A stretch of 64,000 nt of DNA from Trichoplax adhaerens (Eukaryota; Animalia; Placozoa). Below the pieces are notes generated by a model. It had not been told where the DNA came from. It did no database searches and saw only the letters and a program-made list of their open reading frames with translations. The stretch is from positions 2,469,740 through 2,533,739 of the forward strand of contig NW_002060947.1 of the NCBI RefSeq assembly GCF_000150275.1, written 5' to 3'. Position 1 is the stretch's first letter. Every line of letters starts with the position of its first letter. Both the position numbers and the translations under genes were made by a program. Of the stretch, positions 13,701-27,614 are shown piece by piece.

Positions 13701-16700
13701 ACCTTTGCTGCATTTCCATATTTTTTTTTGCAGCATCCTGAATAGCAAGGTCCTTAATCTTTAGATCCTCTAAAGCCCTATGATAACGTAACTGAAAAGC
13801 AATACAAAATTACTTTATCTCTCTAACAATCATTACATTTTCAAATAACTCAGTTTATTTATCTGACATGCTCATTGAAACATACTTCGGCCCTCATAAA
13901 ATCTCTGGATTTTTGCTCTCTTTCGTCCGTCTAAATTAAATATTACAATTGGTTTATACCTGACCTCAAGACAACGTTAGCATAAAATCCGGAGATCTTA
14001 ATAAAATCATTTAAACTACATGTAGATCCGGCAAATGTAATGTAAGGAAGAAGAGATTTACATCAAATTTGGCTTGTAAATTATACATCCTTACAAAGTG
14101 AAGACATAAGGTACAATAAAATGCAGTAATAAACATCAGAAAATAGATTATCCAGAAAAGAACTTAGCGATACAACTCTTTGATAATTTATGTTTTAATA
14201 TGTTACCCGATACCTTTATTGCAACCATTCTGCCAAGGTCCATAACATCATCTCTTAATTCGCATTGTTGGGATATCAACAGCTCCTCTTCAGCCATACA
14301 GACTTCGACCCGATTTCTCTCAGTTGATGTTAGTGTATTCTTAACAGTAAGTAGTATTATATTGGACTAATTATAAGTAACGAAAGAAAAGACAAAGAGA
14401 ACAAATGATATCGGTTTGTAGGAGTAGTACCTGCTGTAAAAGTAATCGTCTAGCGGCTTCCACTTCCTTTAGTAATTCCTTCCGTTTTTGTTGTAAAGCT
14501 GTATCATCTTTTGGATGACTTTCTAACTATAAATTACAAAGTCGCATTCAATTGAAAGTACATTATATGCTACAAATATAATAGTAGAATTTTACCTGTA
14601 GCTTAGCTTTCGTGTGTATCGTTTTCATTAAATTATAAGCATCTTCAGACCCTTTCAATTGCAGTTCTATTTTCTTAACGTTTCTATGGTAAAAATCGTG
14701 CAATGTTTAAGAAGAATTACTGTGATCATAGCTAAAGTTAGAACGTAAGCAACTATACTTTAAGAAGCGTTCTTTCTCTCGCAATTTTCTTGCATTTATG
14801 TCGTGCTGATTTTTTCTTTCCAAATTTGCATGTCGTAGTTTTACTTCCAATGAAGCTCGCTGTTCCAGCAATTCCGTTTCTTGTTCTTTGCTAAGTTCAA
14901 ACTGTTTTAATAAAGTATCATATTCTCTTTCCTAATCTCAGTATAAAAGGTAGATAGATTTTCATTATTAAATTGATAAAGACTCAGTCTTCAAAACACT
15001 TATAAATTATTCATACCCGTGCTTCAAGCAACGCAAAACTATTATCGAGTTCTTCAGTAACATAAACCTTGTTTTCCTCTAGCCGCCGTCTTCTTTCATC
15101 AAGCTGCTTCAACTGGGACAAAAGTGTAATATAAGTATGATTTACATAAAATGGTTTATTTGATCATTTAAAGCCATCTCTCTATATTAATAAACCTCGG
15201 AGTTGTAGTCTTCTGCTACTCTATCTAATTCATCCTTTCTATTAGTTATATCACTAAAATAAAAAGTAACATTTATTTTATGATTTGCTTTGTTGCAATC
15301 AAATTAAAATATTTGCTAACTTAAATAAGTCAGGCCTATAAACAACAATACAGAGAGCTAAACTTCCATTTAGGATTTTTCCAAACTATCATTCAATAAA
15401 ATATATTAGCAGACCCCACACTCGTAATACTCGCGTAGTCTTTACTTGTACAGGTACAAGTTTTTGCTTTATGTACTCGTAAGTATGTACTCAATAGTAC
15501 ACACAAACACGGATAAAATTAACTTATTATATATAGGATATCAGGACAAGTAATAATATCACTTGATTTAAATATTTTAAAATATCCTTTGCATGTACAA
15601 ATTTAACTGTAGAAATTGTAGAGATCGTTAAAGACACAGAATACAAAAAGGAACATACCTTTTATTTCTAGCTAGCAATTCATACTGTTCATGTATGTTA
15701 GCGGGTTCTCCGTGTATTCGGACCAAGTCATCCTTCATATCATAATAGTAACAATGAAGAAAAGATCAACCTCTATTTTCCATCAATATGAAATTACTTT
15801 ACTCATTCCATTAGCTACTAACCTTTAAGATTGACTCTTCCTTCATATATTTATCCTAAAGAAATTATTTAATGTAATTTATATTTTATAAGTACGATAA
15901 TCATCAGAACTATTTACTAACTATATGTTTCAGCAAGATCTCATGATCATGTCTTTTAGCTTCAAGTTCCTCGCTAAGGTTCTTGATTTCTAATGTTCTT
16001 TGATCTACAGAAGCCTTATATTCTTTGCTATCCTTAGATAAATCCTTCAACTTCTTTTCAATTTCCTACCAGATCATTAAATTTAATAAAATAGAGTCAT
16101 GATCAAAATCATTCTTACTATAAGATTATTTTAGAAACTATTTAGACATTATGACTGACCGACAATTTAGGAATCCTTTCGTATTCGCGTTGGATTAATC
16201 GAACTTCTTCTTGTAAGCTATAATTAAATTATAGTTTAGATATATATGGGACTACCTGTTTATATTTTTCCCTACCTTTCTATCTCAAAATTGAGCTTAT
16301 CACAGCGATTCTCGGACTGGATAACTTCATTATGATGCTAATATAGATTTCAAGACGGTGATACGGAAACAAAATTGGAATATAATAAATTATAAGTTCA
16401 AGGATGAAAATGTGTAGCAATTTGAAAGTATACAAGAGTTCCCATATATTCAGTACCTGCAGTAATTCTTGTCGTAACTGACTGACTTCAGTTAAAGAAT
16501 CATTTTCAGGAAATTCTTCTGCCTTGCGTAAACTTTCCTTCTGCTTATGTACCGTCTACATATAATTAGCATTATGTATGTAATTATTCCATTTTTTAGA
16601 TTCTCTACTTGATAAGAACAATAATTTGGGATTTTCTTCGTTATTTGTTACCGTATCTAGCTGTTTTGCATCCTGTAACAGTTTAACTTCTTTATTTCTG

Positions 16701-17156
16701 CAACTGAGTATGTAAATATACAGATATTACGATTTTTTATCACAGTAATGACTCTTGAAATTTATAGTGTAACTAATACATCATTTTAAAAAATAATTTA
16801 CTCCTGCAACGCTTGATAGGTCTGAGAATAATTAGCCTTGAGACGGGCCATTTTTTCTCCGGTAATTTTTCCTTCATAAAATGCCTATTTTATATATGCA
16901 ATACATCTGAATAAGTAACTGGGAATAATTTTTGGTTACATTTTTTGCCCAATGCATGTTGTAAAGAAATAAAATGAAAAGCAGAACTGTAGCTCATAAG
17001 TCTGTAGTCTAATACCTCGTCTAATGCTTGATAGGCAATGCTATTTTGAATATCATTGGTTTCCGGAGAAGCATTTAAAATTGTTGGAGCGATAGCGCTG
17101 ACTATATAACTCTTGCCATTCGAAGAGCTATCATCACTTTCATTAGAGATATCCAT
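10707..17156 (-). CDS. CCDC146: Coiled-coil domain-containing protein 146 (MBO2-like ciliary protein), many short exons
   Basis: The last exon encodes [45 protein letters not shown], which matches the conserved CCDC146 C-terminus. More than 20 coiled-coil exons have GT-AG boundaries. The first exon is [15 protein letters not shown]. Confidence 0.9.
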
Positions 17157-17448
17157 TTAATTGACGTCGTTTAGGATATAACGGACCGTGCTCCTGTATT
17201 CGTATATTGTACGCGTATAGTATTAGAAAGCTATTGTTAAATACGAGTAAATAACCTTAGAGTTTAAATAAATTTAACCTATATCCCTGAATTACTATGC
17301 TACTAATCACAATTATTTACTTCAACAGATTTCTGTAAGAACGGTAAGTAGCACTATTGCCTCTTGAGTAAATGATGTGATAGTAATACTGTATGCATTT
17401 ATGCTTACTTCAATATTTTAAGATAGTATCAAAATTTTGAACAAGCAC

Positions 17449-17462
17449 GTCGTCATGGAAAC
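17449..17462. promoter_or_regulatory. RFX X-box upstream of CCDC146
   Basis: GTCGTCATGGAAAC against consensus GTTGCCATGGCAAC, about 300 bp 5' of the start codon of a ciliary gene. Confidence 0.7.
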
Positions 17463-18551
17463 CGTGAAAGTATCCGTCATCTGTCAGTCAGGGACTTCTA
17501 AGAAATCTCTGTATCAGAGTTTTAGAGCAATTGTTATTTCGACTAAGTGCAATTTAAAGTCTTGATAAAATCGCTTAAAACTTTAGTATAATATTGCATA
17601 ACAGTCACCAAACACCGTATAGTACGTGTATACTGCATACTTCTCCCGTAAGTAGAACTACAGTAGCTTAACGTCGTAATGCAATTTCCATTGTATAGAC
17701 TGGTTTATTAATAATTATTATAATACAGTGCTATTTGTATAATCGAGGCATTCAAACCGATGTTTGCTACATTAATTAGCAACCTCTGCCGTACACATTA
17801 GCTTACTACTGATTTTACAAAAGTACTATATACTCCCGTATTGCCATACTGTTTTTAATTTTGAATATTTTACTGCTGGGAACAACCATTAGAGTAACAG
17901 TAAGCGCACGGCCAGAAACCTTTCTTGCCATATTAAGAAGCATTTGGGCTTGATTAAGTATATAACAAAGTGATCGCATATTTAAAGAATTTTTTGACTA
18001 AATAGCTACGTGCATAACATACAAACTGACAATGGTTGCCAGTATTTAGGACTTACGATGTGGGTGTATGTGCAGTACAGTAGTTAATTAATGTACAATT
18101 TTAAAGGGATTAAGAGATATTTAGATCTTTTGATCAAGCTTTTACGTGCATGTACTCGTAATCCTTTAAAAAGTTTAAAAAAGTCTTGTCAGATCTTGAT
18201 GAAAACTCTTCAGCCAGGTTTATAGCACTACCGTGAATATTTTACGTTAAAACCGAATAGCTTCTTTATTCTATAAAATACAAGGTATTAGTGCTCCCAA
18301 TACGTTCAAAAATCATTTAACATGATCATCTGATAGGTTTATTTTTGAAAATCAGCTTCTTTAGCCAAATGTAACTATGTGCTCGTTTCACATCAATTAC
18401 TATAGATCGATTGTTATTTAACGAGATTGAAATTCACAAAACACAACCTAAATGAAAACTTTGTCGGCCATGTAGCCGTTTCAAATTTGGTAATTACTTT
18501 CATTTATTAACAGATTTGTGGTGATCTTAAGAAGTATGACAAAATTACGTG

Positions 18552-21500
18552 TTACAAATTGGAATTTAAAATGGCAATTTCTTCGGCTAATTTGGAACGC
18601 TTCGCCATATTACTCTGCAGGTTATCTATGTATTTTTCGCGATCAATCTTACCAACTACTATCTGTTCGGTTAAAGATGCTGTCTGATCAAGAAGATGCT
18701 TGCGTTCCATTTCCTTAGTTTGTATTTCTTGAATCTAGGGAAAAAAGAGATATGAAATAAAAATGTAACATATATAACATAATCAAAGATTACTTAGAAT
18801 TTCTCAGGTGTTTACCTGCTGCGTTATAGTGCTCTCTGCCTTTTCAGTACCGAGTTTTTCAAGGAAAACAGTAACATCAGCATAAATTTTTTTATAATCA
18901 AGGTCAAATTTCTTGCGGGCTGATCCGAAAGCATTGCTGTTTTTTTGCGCTTTATACTTGGAGATTGCAGAACTAAAACTTTCATAAAGACTTTCACGAT
19001 TTTCTTGAAGGCACTGAATTTCCTCTAATATACCGGCGACTTTCTGACGGGCTTCATTTGCTTCGTCTTTAATGACTGAGAAATCCAATCGAACATATAT
19101 AACAACGACAAGGAATAGTAGATACAACGAACCTACCACAAGCAGAGGCTCGCGTAAAAGCAAAATTTGGGAAAAATCATAGCGTAGCTAGAAGCAAGAC
19201 AGACCACCTGCATTAATACCGAAACATAAACATTCAGGTAATATTTTGAAGTAACTTACATTAAAATCTTGAATGTGATGTTCTACTAATTTAGATTTAT
19301 GAATAGAAATAACAGGACGACCAACGACATCTAAGTACGTAAAATGTAGCCCATCTGCATCACGCTCTACTTGATAAGGAGCTTTGAAAATGATATTTCT
19401 GAAATCAATGTAAATATATGGTTACTTGAAATTTAACGAATGTCGTAAGGGTTTAATTAATTGGTAAATTTAATTATATAAACTTGCATATTTATAGCAG
19501 CTTACTTTGCGCCTTCAGGTAAAATGATACGAAGCTTAATATTTTCTATCACACAGTTATCGAAAATATGGTCTATCAGTCTCATTTGCAAAAGATAAGA
19601 ATTGCCATTAGAGTATAAATATTGAAAGCTTGGCACATTGTAACCAAGAGTGTAATGGGTTTGCCAACCACCGAATAGGGGGAATCGAGGACGAATATCG
19701 AGTTCGACCGAATCCTCTAACTGCAACATGTGGCTAGTAGATATGTTTCCAATTTCATCCCTATAGTATACATCTTTAGCAGAAGCAGGAAGTACAGTTT
19801 TAAATGATTTGACAGCAGGTATGTTTTCGTAAGATTGTCCTCTTTGAAAGTCGAATCTTGAAAAGGATCCTATATTGGTATATTAACTTCAATATATTAG
19901 ATACTGGAACTTTCCCAAATTTAGATTGTATTAATATTCTTTATCACCTTTCAAAGCAGCTCCGACGTGCTTAATATGGATTTTTTCTTCAACAGCTATA
20001 TTTCCCCAGTGAGAAACTTCGATCACTCTTTCGAGACTAACTACGGATAAGAATGGAGAGTTGTTCTCGTAGTGAATTGTTACAGATGTACCGTCAAATG
20101 CAGGTGTATTTCTGTATGGGCCATATGTAATCGTGCTACCGGACAAGCTTACGGGCTTCACTTTGGAATAGCTTTCAACATTACTAGAGGCCAAAGTTAC
20201 AGTAGTTATTTGCTTGATAGTATTATAGGGAGAGAAAAAGTATGGACTGCCATCATAAATGACCAACTGCTTGTCCAATTGATTAATTTGGGCGGGATAA
20301 GGTCTCAAAGCATTCACAAAAACCATTTCAATTTCCACTGCCACAGTCCCACTAGGAGCAACGTTGTCTCTTAATTGCAGGCGGTAGAAGCTTTTATCCC
20401 TATATAAAACCAATTATTTTAGAAATCCTTAATTTAGCCTTGACAGTCGCGCAGAATCGCTAAATATCACGACACATAATAACTTCGGCCTCATTATTAA
20501 TTAATTATCCTTTGCTAATAGTACTGTTCTGTGCTAAATGCAGCTTTGTATATGACATATAACTACAGTGGTAATAAAAAAACTATGCATAGTAATCAAC
20601 TTTAATCAATTATTATTTTAACGCTGCATATGTGAATGTAGTTATACAGTACGGTATAAGTGTACATTTTTGATACAAAATCAATCCTGCATGAGCTGCA
20701 TTTTACAATTATGTCATGCGTTGTTACTGTGTTCTGTAAAAGACGTGCATTTGTGCAATACGTATAAGTTTCCACTTAAGAAAAGCCGCTTTATAATTTA
20801 CGAAAAGCGAGCAACTGTTTTACATTTCTAAGAAATACCTATTATCGGAGATCGAAACACGCCTCGGCATTAAAGGATGTTTGTTAGATGCGTCGGTTTT
20901 AACCTATCAACAGATATCCAACATTACTGCTGAAATAATATAAGTAATATACTAAAAATACAGAATTGCGTCAATTTAATACGATTGTATCGTCCTAATT
21001 TACATACTGTCGTATAGAAGGATAATTTAAAACTCGTGAACAACATAATAATCGTTCGTATTTTGTTATGGTAGCAATGAATATTTTTGATAGATGCTAA
21101 ATAAGCTACAGTATTTATTACACTAATTATCATCATCTTTATCGTATAACTGTTCTCAATCAAATTATTCTAAATGTCATACAGTACCAGAGTGCATCAG
21201 TAAGTAAAAAATATCGCTACACACTTGTATTCTTTAGATCTAGACGTAAAAGCTAGCTATAACATCGGAACAAAGCACAAGATCACGTTCTCCATACTCT
21301 ATACAGTACGTACGTGTGGTAATACCGTACACTGCTACATTGTACATCTACTGAGTAAATCAGTGACCCATAAATATACTTTGAGGGCTGAAGTAACAGA
21401 ACTTCTTGCAAAAATTCTACCAGATTAGCATCTACTGGGTATTAAATTCAGTATCGACTATATCTCAAATTTTATGAAATATGCCACGCACTATGTTGCC

Positions 21501-21817
21501 TTACGACTTTGCAAAATTTTCCCATTTTTTTTATAAATTGTATAATCACAACAGTACCGCGATCTTAAGCTTACGTTGGCATCGATAAATGATAACATTT
21601 CATGCATCTTGGATTCAATGGCAATATGAAAGGAATTGATAGAGTTGGTACCAGTATTTTCCATCAAAACTTGAACTTTCATTTTGACTAGTTGGCTACT
21701 AATGTCAATCGATCTCGTAACATCTTTATTGACAATATCGTTATTCAATGAGTCTCTTAAAAGGCCAGAACAACTGCCAGACCACGTCAGAAAAAGTAGT
21801 AATAGATATGTCCGCAT
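18552..21817 (-). CDS. RPN1: Ribophorin I (oligosaccharyltransferase subunit 1)
   Basis: Signal peptide [12 protein letters not shown], then [44 protein letters not shown] and the TM segment [25 protein letters not shown] small exon at 20839-20903 restores the phase. Stop at 18552-18554. Confidence 0.96.
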
Positions 21818-22029
21818 TGCTATAGTTTTAATTATCTTAAGAGGGAACTAATGAGTAAGGGATGGCGATGATCTTTCTTGGATGTAATCAATTGCTATAG
21901 ATTGCTATAGATGGCGTTTCATCAAAGCAAATGCAATGAAAATACGAACAGGAAACGAACACATCGACGACAAAGGCATCCTAAGAGTGTGCGCACTTGA
22001 ACCGGTCAGGGCGCATGGTACGGTGTGCG

Positions 22030-22168
22030 TACTGTACATTACTGTACTGTACTGTACTGTACTGTACAGTACACTGTCGTACAGTAGAGTTTTGCGAAAG
22101 ACAGTCTTGCAGAGTGCAGACACACAGTATGACGATCATGGTGTAGTACTGTACAGTACAGTATTGTA
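22030..22168. repeat. (TACAG/TACTG)n arrays in the RPN1/HDAC11 bidirectional promoter
   Basis: Runs at 22030-22086 and 22147-22168 lie in a gap of about 400 bp between divergent start codons. Confidence 0.95.
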
Positions 22169-22228
22169 ATCTAGCATTTAAAGGAATGATGGCAATCAAT
22201 GATACAGTATATCATAGACGAACAGAGG

Positions 22229-25200
22229 ATGCAGAAGCAGCAGAGGTAATTTTAATTTTTATTTAAAACTTTATTCATTTCTTTCAAGATCACTGGTGAA
22301 AATTGGTGACGGTTATATAAAATCGCAAAATCTTACTGATTGTCATTTTAAAGCTGTACCGTATCTACAGTACCTTACCCGTACATCCACAACGTCAATC
22401 GGTCGAATAATTAATATTTGTGTTACTTTTATATTATTGAGTACTGTAGTTACTCATAGTTATATTATTTTAACCTTAAGCAATAATTGGGCTCATTTAG
22501 CCGTACTTATTCCATTCGCTGATAGGATTAAAAATTGCGTACTCGTTTACATTGGAGTATAGTACATGAGCATCACTCACAGATAGATTAATTCTTTAAA
22601 ATTTGAATTTTGCAGTACAGTATTATGTTAACTTGTTATTGTCGGATTGAATTTACGATCGTACATAATCTTTTTTTGATTGTGGCGCTAGAATCATCAA
22701 GTTAACCGTAATTCTGAAATGTTCTAGCAATATTCAACAGACTGTACTGTGCGTTACACTTGCGGTTTAAGTTAATGCCTTTGATACTATAGAAATTTAT
22801 GCTGGTCTTTATAGTCAGTACGGTATATTAAGTTAACAAATACGCATACAAATTCTTTTAAAATATTGCAACTTATTATTATAAATTCCCTTATTATTAT
22901 ACGCGTAGTTAACCAAATATGTGCTTTCGATTTCGGAAAGCACGCACTCACAATCACCACCGTACCCTAATTTATTAGTTCATTGCCTACCTAATAACTG
23001 TTTAATTGAGGTTACACATTGTACTGTACAGTGTATAATGACGTGATTTAATTTGCATTTTAAATTAATGAAAGGAAATCGCCTCCAAAATTTATCGACC
23101 CGAGAACTTCCTTAACGAACCTATACATCGACATTAGAGATAATCAATGGCCTATTGTTTATAGTGATCGTTACGATATCTCCTTCTTCGGCGTAGAAAA
23201 ATTGCATCCATTCGATTCGTGTAAATGGGGAAAGGTCATGGCAATATTAAAATGTAGGTTGCTTTTAGTTGTCCATACAACACGTAAGTGTATGCTATAT
23301 ACGCACTGTATAACTATTTTATTGACAATCCCTAAAATTAGTAGTCAGTAGAGGAAAACTATGTTTTGACTTGATAAAAATGCCTGCTCAATTATTTTGA
23401 AGTACGGATGTAAGTATAACTGGCTGACTGTAGCCAGCTAAAAATATTTAAGTCTATCGACTGTTTTGTGAGAGCTGTAGAATAATTAAATTGCTGCTTT
23501 TCAACGTACAAGTGGTTATACTATTGCATTGAGTTTGATACTTTGTTACTTTACAGTTAGTACAATACATGAAGCATAAATGCGAGTAGATTAATTAAAT
23601 AGCTTGGTATCGTTAATCGTTAGTACAAACGTACCAGTTTTCTTCGATATTTAAGCATATTAATGTGACTGACTTGCGAAAATACTTTGCACAGAATATA
23701 GTAAAGCGTGATAGTTACATTAACGGCACAGGACTACGAAATCGCACGATGTTCTTATTCCTATTACATCCTATCATGTTATTTTCTTTATCCTGCTATG
23801 TATTGACTTATGGGATTCAAAGTAGCTACAGTAATGGCTGCACAAAAGCAAATTCAGGAATAGTTTTCTCATTGTACTTTATCGTATACTAGTGGCATTA
23901 TACTGTAAATAACTGATTCCTCGCAACTAGTTATGCGTTGCAATCAATAAATTAATTATATTGTGAATATTAAACGAGCTTACAAATAATCTTTTACCTA
24001 AAGGGTCTCATCAATGTACTGCATAATTCGTGTCATACGTAGAGGGTATAAAAGCCCAACTAAATTACGGAAGTAGGGTAGTACGTTACAGTATTAAGTA
24101 AAGAGCAAACTTACGAGATACGGCTCTAAATTTTATACAGTTGTACTATTGTGGCTGTACGCTATGTTATATTTAACTAGATAATATCATTTAGATATTA
24201 CAATAATTGATTATGCAAAAAATTTAAAAAACCTTTTCAGCTATGAAATTAATTGGTGACGATGATATTGTAATTCCAAATGAAGCAACGGAAAATGACT
24301 TGCTGGTAGTCCATCCAAGCTCTTATCTGAAGAGTTTAAAGGTTTAATTCGGAGAGATACGCTTATTATAGCTGTAAATCTGTATAGCTAGTTTAAATTA
24401 ACAGACACGCGTATTTATAAATAATTGATACTCTATCAAACTTTATGTGTAGTGTCTGTATCACATTGATCATAATACTGAGCGATGATTAATAGCAGGA
24501 GAAAGAAATAATACATGTACGTATACCTTAGGATTGACTTAAGGTATTAAGAGTATATACCAGGTCACCTGTTGAATTGGGTGTATGTATAAGTTGTTAT
24601 ACGCGTATAAAATAATATAATATAAACGCAACCTGTCGTTTGATAATTGACATCGCATTATTATGCCAAGTACAAGTAACATTTTTAAGATTAATGAAGG
24701 CTTTGATTTATTTATTTCATGCTGATACAGTGGAGCATAACCGTAGCAAATATAATTGAAGTACCATTCGTAGCGTTATTACCAAACTTTGTTGTTCAAA
24801 AACGTATATTGAAAGCATTTCGATATCAGACCGGTGGAACCGTTTTGGTGAGTAAAATTTAAATAAAATGATGACACTTAGAGTGTTCTTTATAGGAGGT
24901 GAAATTACCAATTGGCTATTTTATCATGCTGTATATGATTCACAGGCAGGAAAGTTAGCATTAGAAAGAGGATGGGCTATCAATATTGGTATAATTTTTG
25001 ACTGATCAATTATAATTTCTTTTCAATTATGGCGATATGATCACTCTATCATATTTCCTTCATAAAATGAATGACTATCCCATGAGAAGTTAGGGTATTG
25101 TAGCTGTTGCCTTACTTAATGTTAGCTTGTATTGACCCGTAGGTGGCGGTTTTCACCATTGCAGCAGCGATAACGGTGGTGGATTTTGTGCTTATGCTGA

Positions 25201-26667
25201 TATCACGATCTGCTTAAAGGTATACTATGGATGGATAACGCTACGTATTTATCTATAGTTTTAGAATTATTCCTAATCCTATTTCTAATTTACAACAACA
25301 TTTTATTTTTCCTATATGTACTCTAGATGCTATTTCAGCACGTAGATGGCGTAAGAAAAGCTGTAATAATAGACCTAGACGCTCATCAGGTTTACTCGAT
25401 GCCAAGATATTAATTCCCCTTAACATAGATTAACTATTACATGATAGAAATTAATTTACAGACCTATGACTGTATTTTATTGCAAATAATTTATTCATCT
25501 GAATGAACTATTTCATTTTACTTTCATTTTATGTTTGTTACTTTCAAAATTTAGGGTAATGGCCACGAAAGAGATTTCGCTTATAACTCTAACGTCTATA
25601 TATTGGATTTATATAACGCAGACATATATCCTCGTGATAAGGATGCAAGACGTGAGTAGTATTCATAGAGAAAATTGTTACGGAAATATTCATATTAAAT
25701 TTACTGAGATTTTTAGGTGGGATTAGTAAGGAGATTAAAATTAGAACAGGCGAAAAGGATGATAGATACTTAATGCTAATAAAACTGTAAGTAATTACAA
25801 TTTTACTTTTCTGATTCGATTGCGAAATCGTTACAGTGATTTAAGAATCAAATTTCTATTGAGTCATACACATACCTTTGAATCTTTTGTTTACAGAAAC
25901 TATCCAACTATTTTAGATGAATTCAAACCAGATATAGTGATATATAATGCTGGTAAGTTTTTGCTACAATTTCTGAAACCGCGTAAAGCTCAAATTTTCT
26001 TCACAAAGGCTCATACTTCAGCTAATTATTTGTGCAATGATTAATCTTCTCCATCGTTATTTCCATCCACTCAATAAGGTACTGATATCTTGGATGGAGA
26101 TCCTTTAGGGGGCTTATGTATATCTGCGCAGGTTAGATGATGTATCAGAGAATTTCTTAACGCTTCGTTATTGTAGCTCTTAAACATACAAACGATCTTG
26201 TAACGGTTAGGGCGTCATTAAGCGCGATGAAATCGTTTTTAAGGAAACGCGTTTCAGAAATATTCCGATTGTGATGCTAACTTCTGGTGGGTATCAGGTA
26301 TCGGACAAGAGATACTCCATTTATTTTATAAGAAACCCATTATTTAAACTGACTTACTAACTGACTTTTCCATGAATCTTTTTTAATTAACAAAATCCTT
26401 AGAAAAGTAATGCGAAGATAATTGCTGATTCTATAATGAATCTATATCAAAAAAAGCTGATAGGGAACGAGTATACAGCTACCTTTTCTTCAGGTAAGTC
26501 AGTTATGCGACCATCAAGTGTAATGATTTTACAAAAATTACATTGTAATCGACTATTTCATCACTATTTTAGATCAGAATCTAGAAAAACTGTCAGTAAA
26601 GGAATACACCTTGGAATCTCATAGTCAAGACACCAGATATAGTACATTTTCGGTTGAGGGAAAATAA
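22229..26667 (+). CDS. HDAC11: Histone deacetylase 11 (class IV), missed by the ORF track because exons are short
   Basis: Exons encode WPIVYSDRYDISFFGVEKLHPFDSCKWGKV, AGKLALERGWAINIGGGFHHCSSDNGGGFCAYADI, IIDLDAHQGNGHERDF, YNAGTDILDGDPLG and MLTSGGYQ. The start is 22229 or the in-frame ATG at 22199. Stop at 26665-26667. Confidence 0.95.
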
Positions 26668-27142
26668 CAGCGTTATTATTACGTACGAGTATAATACGTA
26701 TTAGCAATTTTTTGCCCCGTGTTGGCATTCTGTCTATGCAACCCGTATTTAAAGAAATGCTAAACTAAAGCGTATTTCTGGCTAACTGATATATCAGAGA
26801 CGACATGTGGCTTAAACTATATGCTATTACATTTGTTAAAATTGCTATAATATTTAAGTAAAAGCATTGAGGATGTGCCTGCATCAATGAATGACATTTA
26901 ATAGAGTAACTTTGTATACGCAGTTATTGATGAATTTTTGTACAGTTTAGCTATATATTAATGTAGCCTTTGATTTTTAGGTAGCTCTTTTAATATTGCA
27001 TGTGGTATGCTATATTCAAAATGTAATTATCATTGACAAATGGTTTGCAGTTATAGATGGTTATAAAATTTTAATCATTATACATACACTAGATTCTTTT
27101 AGCTGGCTGCTTAAAACGATTTATGTCAAGATTTCCGCTTAT

Positions 27143-27614
27143 GTACCGTATCTTGTATAGTACTGTACTTTACACTGTACTGTACGGCCCTATTTTTACG
27201 CACCTACAGACTACAGTACTTGTAGACTGTACTGTACAGTACAATATACTGTATAAACGCAGCGAGTACAGTACTGTACAGTACATATATCTACTTGTAT
27301 TACGATCTGTTTATTAGTCTATGACTTGAACGCAAATCTAAAATTCTGTACTTTCATGGCACTGCCTGTAAAAACATGAATTAGAAGCTGAAAACTTGGG
27401 AAGCAATAATCCATATAGCCTCATGTTTTGATTAATTTAATATTGCAAAAATAGAAATCGAGAATCCGGCCTGCTATACTGTTCAGTACTGTACTTTGCT
27501 CATACACAGTGTCAAGTGTATTTTGCGCATTACGCGTTTTGTCCATTTTTCCGTAACTTGTCTGAGACTAGACCTGAGAAACTGCAAATTGCTCAAATCA
27601 TACAGTGTACTGTA
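27143..27614. repeat. (TACAG/TACTG)n cluster with no recognised adjacent start codon
   Basis: Dense at 27143-27285, with smaller patches at about 27476-27495 and 27601-27614. Confidence 0.85.
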
